Shown here in pieces: positions 18,786 through 23,896 of a stretch of 23,896 bases of DNA (position 1 is the stretch's first letter; the number at the start of each line of letters is the position of its first letter). Both the position numbers and the translations under genes were made by a program. The DNA is taken from the NCBI GenBank assembly GCA_049969615.1, contig JBMFOM010000018.1, positions 1 through 23,896 on the forward strand. Reading direction: 5' to 3'. This stretch comes from a candidate division WOR-3 bacterium. GTDB taxonomy: Bacteria > Hydrothermota > Hydrothermia > JBDRYB01. The notes beneath the pieces are model-generated. The model made no database searches. It was not told where the DNA came from and was given only the letters and a program-made list of their open reading frames with translations.

Positions 18786-19285
18786 TATTCCTCAGCCATT
18801 TTTATTATGAAATCCTCCTCCGGCATGAAATCCTCGATCCTCACCCTGTATAGATAATTACCATTCGCGAGGATGGTTGGCCCAGCGTCCGGCGGATATG
18901 AAATGCTCGCTCTCCAGGGTGTCTCAGCCGAGAACTCTGCCCAATCCAGGGGTTTCCCCCAGGCCTGGGTAGTTGTTGTTATGTATCTGAACATGCCATT
19001 GGGGAATCGCTGTTTGTAGATAACGCCTATTTCAAGGAGGCTATCCGCGCCAAATTCCATGCACATCACCCACATCTCCCCCCTCTGTTCAAGCTTGCAG
19101 TTTTTCGTTGAGACAAGGGAGAAATCTGCACCCTCCTGAGGCAAGGGATACAGGAGACAAAACTTTGAACCCGGGGCCGAGCGCATATAATAGGTCGCGT
19201 CAACCTTCAGGGTGTCGCCTGAGACCGCACACTTTATCCTCTCCGCATAGAAATCCAAAGAGAGGAGAAAAATCATGATGTTCAT
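18785..19285 (-). CDS. Hypothetical protein (weak resemblance to DUF4424-type proteins)
   Basis: 166-aa ORF with AERI...V.ATY and YITTTTQAWGKPL motifs. ATG lies 6 nt after TAAAAT (19297-19292). Confidence 0.65.
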   Translation of the reverse strand: MNIMIFLLSLDFYAERIKCAVSGDTLKVDATYYMRSAPGSKFCLLYPLPQEGADFSLVSTKNCKLEQRGEMWVMCMEFGADSLLEIGVIYKQRFPNGMFRYITTTTQAWGKPLDWAEFSAETPWRASISYPPDAGPTILANGNYLYRVRIEDFMPEEDFIIKMAEE

Positions 19286-19361
19286 GAGTAAATTTTAGCC
19301 TGTTCCTGTTGGGCAATGCAAGCTCTGTTGACCAATAGACCATGCGCCTGATTAGTATTAC

Positions 19362-19505
19362 GAAACCCCTGAAAAATCCCGATTTGTCCTTTGTCCCCAT
19401 CTGGGAGCCTCATCATAGCTAGAAAAGAACCCTGAGGGGATGCTCTCGTGCCGGAATTTTTCGGGGGCTTTTCTTAATATCCCTGTTCTTCTGGACAAAG
19501 TGCTC
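19362..19505. repeat. 144-bp dispersed non-coding repeat, copy B (inverted relative to copy A)
   Basis: Reverse complement aligns ungapped to 11524-11667. IR arms at 19366-19380 and 19453-19467 (2 mismatches). Confidence 0.9.
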
Positions 19506-19622
19506 CTCGTTCAATCAGTAAGTTATTGCTACTTTATCAGGGGTCTCATTACGTAATGTACCGCTTGCTTCAGGGGTTTGGGACTGGAAACCGATAGCCA
19601 TTAGCCGATATAATTTTCGCTT

Positions 19623-20759
19623 ATGAAGCTCATTGAATACCAGGCAAAGGAGATTTTCGGCAAATACGGCTTACCCATACAGAAGGGCTTTGTTGCCAGG
19701 ACCCCCGAAGAGGTCAGGGCGGGCCTCATCGCGCTCAAGTTTCCGGTTGTCATAAAGTCCCAGGTCCCTGTTGGTGGAAGAGGAAAAGCCGGCGGCATTA
19801 AGCTTGCAAACAATGCGGATGAGGCCCTTGAGAAGGCCACCGCCATCCTCGGTATGGAAATAAAGGGCATAAGGGTCAAGAAGATCCTAATCACAGAGGC
19901 AGTTGATATAGCAAAGGAGCTTTACCTCGGAATAGTCCAGGACAGACGAGCAAAGGCGCCCGTGGTAATGGTCTCCGCGGATGGCGGGGTTGATATTGAG
20001 GAGGTCGCGAGGACGAAGCCAGAGGCCATTCACAAGCTGACCGTTGATCCGGTCTGGGGACTGCAGGTTTATCAAGCGAGGGATCTTGCCTACAGGCTTG
20101 ATCCTGACCCGCAGAGGGCAAAGTACCTCGCGCAGACACTTTCGGTTCTCTGGAGGATATACAGGGACACGGACGCGACCCTCGCTGAGATAAACCCGTT
20201 CGTTTTCACGAAACAGGGTGAGCCCTCCTGCGTTGACGCGAAAATTCTCGTGGACGACAGCGCGCTGTTCAGGCATCCTGACCTGGAGGCCATGCGCGAT
20301 CCCGATTACGAGAACCCCCAGGAACTAGAAGCAAAGGCCGCTGACCTCTCCTTCGTGAAGCTGGACGGCAGGATTGGCTGTTGCGTGAACGGCGCTGGCC
20401 TCGCGATGGCCACAATGGATGTCATAAAGCACTTTGGCGGCGAACCAGCGAATTTCCTTGATGTGGGCGGCAGTTCAAGTCCCGAAAAGGTCAAAAAAGC
20501 CTTCTCAATAATCCTCAGAGACCCGAATGTAAGGTCAATCTACCTGAACATCTTCGGCGGCATAACCCGTTGCGACGACATAGCCCAGGGCCTCGTTGAC
20601 GCTTTCGGGGAAATGGACATAAAGGTTCCGGTCGTTGTCCGGCTGACCGGGACGAACGAGGAAAGGGCCAGGCAGATGCTCTCCGAAAGCAAGCTTCCCC
20701 TCATCCCCGCCGCGACCATGTCCGAGGGCGCCAAGAAGGCGGTGGAGCTGGCGGGGTAG
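19623..20759 (+). CDS. sucC: Succinyl-CoA ligase (ADP-forming) beta subunit
   Basis: MKLIEYQAK, GGRGKAGG, EINP, DAK, NGAGLAMATMD, PANFLDVGG, NIFGGITRCD and VVRL.GTN. TATAAT (19609-19614) lies 8 nt before the ATG. Confidence 0.95.
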   Translation: MKLIEYQAKEIFGKYGLPIQKGFVARTPEEVRAGLIALKFPVVIKSQVPVGGRGKAGGIKLANNADEALEKATAILGMEIKGIRVKKILITEAVDIAKELYLGIVQDRRAKAPVVMVSADGGVDIEEVARTKPEAIHKLTVDPVWGLQVYQARDLAYRLDPDPQRAKYLAQTLSVLWRIYRDTDATLAEINPFVFTKQGEPSCVDAKILVDDSALFRHPDLEAMRDPDYENPQELEAKAADLSFVKLDGRIGCCVNGAGLAMATMDVIKHFGGEPANFLDVGGSSSPEKVKKAFSIILRDPNVRSIYLNIFGGITRCDDIAQGLVDAFGEMDIKVPVVVRLTGTNEERARQMLSESKLPLIPAATMSEGAKKAVELAG

Positions 20760-20829
20760 CAGGAGCGGGCAGGGCTCTCCTTAATTTATTGCGGGGCGAG
20801 GGCCAGGGGGTTTAACCCATAAAAACATA

Positions 20830-21261
20830 TCACTTATATTTTTGAAGCCGGCCGTTTATCTTCTCCAATAACCTCGCGGTATATCCCTTGTCTATCCCAG
20901 TTATTGTCCATTCTGCGCCGTCATAGTGCCCCCGTTCTACTTTTATTTTCAACCGAAAGGGGGTTCTAGAGTCAACCCTGATAATAACTCTGACACCTGT
21001 TCTAACACCGAAGAGGTCGTCACAACCAGGCGGAAGTATTTTCCAGTTGGTCGCGAGATAGCCAGAAGCTCCGTCTATGGTTTCTATGTTAAAGTCCTCG
21101 GTTACAGTTGAAACCACTACAGACCATGCGTCTTCGTATTTAGCGTTCGGAAACTCTTCGCTACTTGACCAGCTCTCCACATACCGGGGTCCACATGATG
21201 AGAACAAACCTAGCAGAATTCCCACTGATAACCCCAACAACTTTTTCATAGCTTTAAACAT
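20830..21261 (-). CDS. Hypothetical lipoprotein (possibly BamC/NlpB-like helix-grip fold)
   Basis: Lipobox FSSC after a hydrophobic stretch. AW..V....F.IETID..SGYL.T.W pattern. Strong SD AAGGAGG upstream. Looks AT-richer than its neighbours. Confidence 0.7.
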   Translation of the reverse strand: MFKAMKKLLGLSVGILLGLFSSCGPRYVESWSSSEEFPNAKYEDAWSVVVSTVTEDFNIETIDGASGYLATNWKILPPGCDDLFGVRTGVRVIIRVDSRTPFRLKIKVERGHYDGAEWTITGIDKGYTARLLEKINGRLQKYK

Positions 21262-21582
21262 CTTCTTATCCTCCTTTTCATCGCGCCGCCCATTATAAGA
21301 CAGACAAATGCAACTGCTTTAAGAGGCACACGAAATCAGGGTTTTCCGGATACGGGGTAGCCCCTGCATCCTTTGCGGGATAAGGATTTGCGGGTTTCGG
21401 CGGCCCTCTCCCGGCCGCGGGAGGCCGCGGCCCGCCGCTTTTCCGCGGGCGGGTTCTTTGCGCCCCACTGTGGGGCAATCCTCCGGGTACCGGCTACAAG
21501 CTTGAGTCCAACAAAAGCTACCCTAAAGTAAGGCTGAGGCCATCCGAATCTGTCCGCGGTTTTGTGTACAGCCGACAACTAT

Positions 21583-23739
21583 TTATGCCAGCGCGGATAG
21601 GAACATCAGCAGGTAGGCGAGAATGAGCAATCCGCTCGGCGGGAGGAACCCCATCCACCAGGCGTATGCCACCATAAATACAGAGGTGAAGACCAGGATA
21701 ACGCCGATCCACTTTGCCAGATTTGATCTTCCGGCCATCCTCCTGGCCAGGGGTATTTTGGAAAGATCCCCTCCGGTTATGACGGTGTTTCCGGCTTCAA
21801 TATCAATGAAATCGTCCACGACCGCTATTCCCCAATAAGCGGCTGTCAGTATGTCGTGTCTGTGAGGAACATCATCAAAATAGAGAACCTTCCGGCGCTG
21901 GCTCACCAGATCGGCAATAACCTGCTTTTTGCCTTCTGGAACGCTTTCCGGATATGTCTCCCTGATGCCCCATCGGTCAGCCCAGAACTCCACCGTAGGC
22001 CTCGGCGCGGAGCTCATCAGAACCTTGCTTTTCCACGCCTTCATGAGCTCCTGGGTACCGGGCCGCGGCTCGCGGCTAAACAAGAACACGCACTCTGGGC
22101 CGTCTGATTCCAAGAAAACTGGGAAAAGCCCATCACCCCTCGTCGGGAACGCGGGGGCTGATTTTACAAACCTGATGTTGCCAAAGCGCCAGGAAACGCC
22201 ACCAATTGTGCCCACTACCCCCATGCCCTTGTAATGAAACCTGTTAGTGGGTGGAAAAGGCCCAGGACTGAATGCCATGGATAGCTTTGAGAAAAGACCC
22301 TGTTCCAGAGATGAAACCACTGGTATGAGCTCTGGTGGGCCATCCAAGCCGCAGAGGCGATAGTCACCGAGCGCTGATCCGAGTGGAACGAGAAGGACAT
22401 CTGTCCTGCCAAACCTGTGAAGGTGGTTCGCGGATTTGAAGATCACGCCCCGCGCGAGGCCTTTTTTCACGCCAGCTAGCCTGTGCCACTCGGTAGCGAG
22501 AGAGATGGCCTGTGGAAGCGGTAGGGCAAAGAGGAGCACAGCTCCAGGCCCAAAAAACCAGGCCGCGATAAGGCTGGAGGCGATCAGCAAGTATGAGAAA
22601 ACCAGGAGCAGGGCATACGCCCTTGATGTGCTTCCAGCCGAGAGGGCTTCCTCGGCAAGCAAGAGAAGTTTTACCTGATAGGAATCAGAGAAGCACTCCG
22701 TTGCCTTAACCCTGATGCGGCCGGATTCAAGCTTGGTGGTCGCACGAAGCCTCATACTGGTTGATACCCTTCCTTGCTCCGTGAGTCCCGCGCCATCAAC
22801 TACAATCCCGTCAACGGGTAGCCTCTCACCCCCATCAACAACGAGAATTTCATCCCTCTCAACCTCATCCACGGGGACCTCTGTGATCCTGCCACCCCTT
22901 TGAACCCTGGCCCACAGGGCAAACCTTGAAACTAAGCCCTCCAGGAGTAAGCTGATCTTCGTGGATAGCCAATCCTCAACGAGCTCCCAAAGGGTCAGAA
23001 GCAGGATCAAGAGTCCGGGCAGGAGAAAAAATGGCCTTGTCACGGCAAAGAGTCCCCATATCCCATAACCGAGACAAAACAGTGCTACTAGAACACCCGG
23101 CAAGGCGGAATCCAGAAATCCCCTGAAAAGAAATGAGAATGCCCGGCGTAGGAGGGGAAACCCTGGCCAGAAGACAGAGACAACGCAGAGGATTCCCGCG
23201 AGGCGAAAAACGGAAAAATGCTCGGAAACACCTATGCCGCAAGCGAGAACGAGGGCAACAGCGAGCCTCTTCAGGAGCGAGAGGCTCGTTTTTTTCCGCT
23301 GGGTTCTGAGGAAATCAATGGCTGTGGTCTCTATCGCGGAAAACCCTTTGCCAGAAAGGATTTCTTTGATTGTCTTTGGATCAAAGAGGTTTCTGTCATA
23401 CTTGACGAAGAGTAGCCTGGACAGGGGATTAAACTTCACATCCTTTACGCCCCTAAAGCGCAGGAATTTTCTCCTGATCCAGGCCCCCAGGAAGCACGAG
23501 CTTGCGGGATGGATAAAAAATGCACCCCTCTGATACTGTGGATAGAGGCCAAGGCCTTCCATGGCCTTGACCAGGTTCTCTGGCGGGAACTCATCGCCCA
23601 CCAGGGCGGTCAGCCGCCTTCTCTCCGGTTCTATCACGACCTGGTTTATGCCCGGAGTCTTTAACAGCTCTGCTACTGCCGTCTCGCTCGCGACCTTGTC
23701 TATCGGTGACGAGAGGGCATATTCAAGGCGCTTTGACAT
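21583..23739 (-). CDS. Degenerate P1B-type (heavy-metal) ATPase-like membrane protein lacking catalytic motifs
   Basis: Two HMA-like N-terminal domains, TM helices, A-domain EVPVDEV...GGERLPVDGIVVDG, RGVIFK, GMGV.G, PRP and PEGK..VI..L. DKTGT, TGES, CPC and GDGxND are absent. Start at ATG 23739, 12 nt after TATAAT (23757-23752). Confidence 0.8.
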   Translation of the reverse strand: MSKRLEYALSSPIDKVASETAVAELLKTPGINQVVIEPERRRLTALVGDEFPPENLVKAMEGLGLYPQYQRGAFFIHPASSCFLGAWIRRKFLRFRGVKDVKFNPLSRLLFVKYDRNLFDPKTIKEILSGKGFSAIETTAIDFLRTQRKKTSLSLLKRLAVALVLACGIGVSEHFSVFRLAGILCVVSVFWPGFPLLRRAFSFLFRGFLDSALPGVLVALFCLGYGIWGLFAVTRPFFLLPGLLILLLTLWELVEDWLSTKISLLLEGLVSRFALWARVQRGGRITEVPVDEVERDEILVVDGGERLPVDGIVVDGAGLTEQGRVSTSMRLRATTKLESGRIRVKATECFSDSYQVKLLLLAEEALSAGSTSRAYALLLVFSYLLIASSLIAAWFFGPGAVLLFALPLPQAISLATEWHRLAGVKKGLARGVIFKSANHLHRFGRTDVLLVPLGSALGDYRLCGLDGPPELIPVVSSLEQGLFSKLSMAFSPGPFPPTNRFHYKGMGVVGTIGGVSWRFGNIRFVKSAPAFPTRGDGLFPVFLESDGPECVFLFSREPRPGTQELMKAWKSKVLMSSAPRPTVEFWADRWGIRETYPESVPEGKKQVIADLVSQRRKVLYFDDVPHRHDILTAAYWGIAVVDDFIDIEAGNTVITGGDLSKIPLARRMAGRSNLAKWIGVILVFTSVFMVAYAWWMGFLPPSGLLILAYLLMFLSALA

Positions 23740-23896
23740 CTGGGGGTTGAAATTATACCCCGACAACGCTTATCGGTTCACCTTTCAGATAAATTGAGAC
23801 CCCTGTATATCACTTTACACGGCCTCTATAATTTCTTCCCCTAAGAAAGCACATAGAAATATGTGGTCGGAGAACCGGGTGAGCCTTTGGCTGAGA

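Noticed and set aside
20761-20790. Possible intrinsic terminator after sucC (AGGAG/CTCCT followed by a T-rich tract)
   Set aside because: A 5-bp stem with a long loop and an interrupted U-tract is too weak to call.
562-23797. Numerous short ORFs antisense to or overlapping the main genes
   Set aside because: They are shadows of well-supported CDSs, with no motifs or independent expression signals.
23827-23896. TATAAT (23827-23832) and a possible gene start at ATG 23861
   Set aside because: Only 12 codons are visible before the window ends, so it cannot be supported.

Overview
A gene-dense bacterial chromosomal window, probably from a diderm lineage. The lipoproteins, a beta-barrel-like protein and T9SS-CTD-like C-termini resemble WOR-3/FCB-related candidate phyla, but this is inference only. 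In order it encodes: a secreted M6-family metalloprotease with FG-GAP repeats, a DUF3160 protein, a type IIG-like restriction-modification gene interrupted by two in-frame stops, a Nudix hydrolase, a GT4 glycosyltransferase plus MFS transporter, SppA, a beta-barrel-like protein, a TPR lipoprotein, ogt and radA, a FadF/HdrD-like Fe-S oxidoreductase, two hypothetical secreted proteins (one apparently frameshifted), a lone sucC, a small lipoprotein and a P1B-ATPase-like protein. Four signals stand out. (1) Almost every transcription unit has a TAnnnT -10 box 6-9 nt before the start codon and no Shine-Dalgarno, which points to predominantly leaderless translation, including at two UUG starts. (2) The P1B-ATPase homologue has an intact reading frame but has lost every catalytic and metal-binding motif. 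(3) A 144-bp non-coding repeat with 15-bp internal inverted repeats occurs twice in opposite orientation. (4) Two unrelated genes share a nearly identical 31-bp promoter. No rRNA, tRNA, CRISPR array or transposase was seen.
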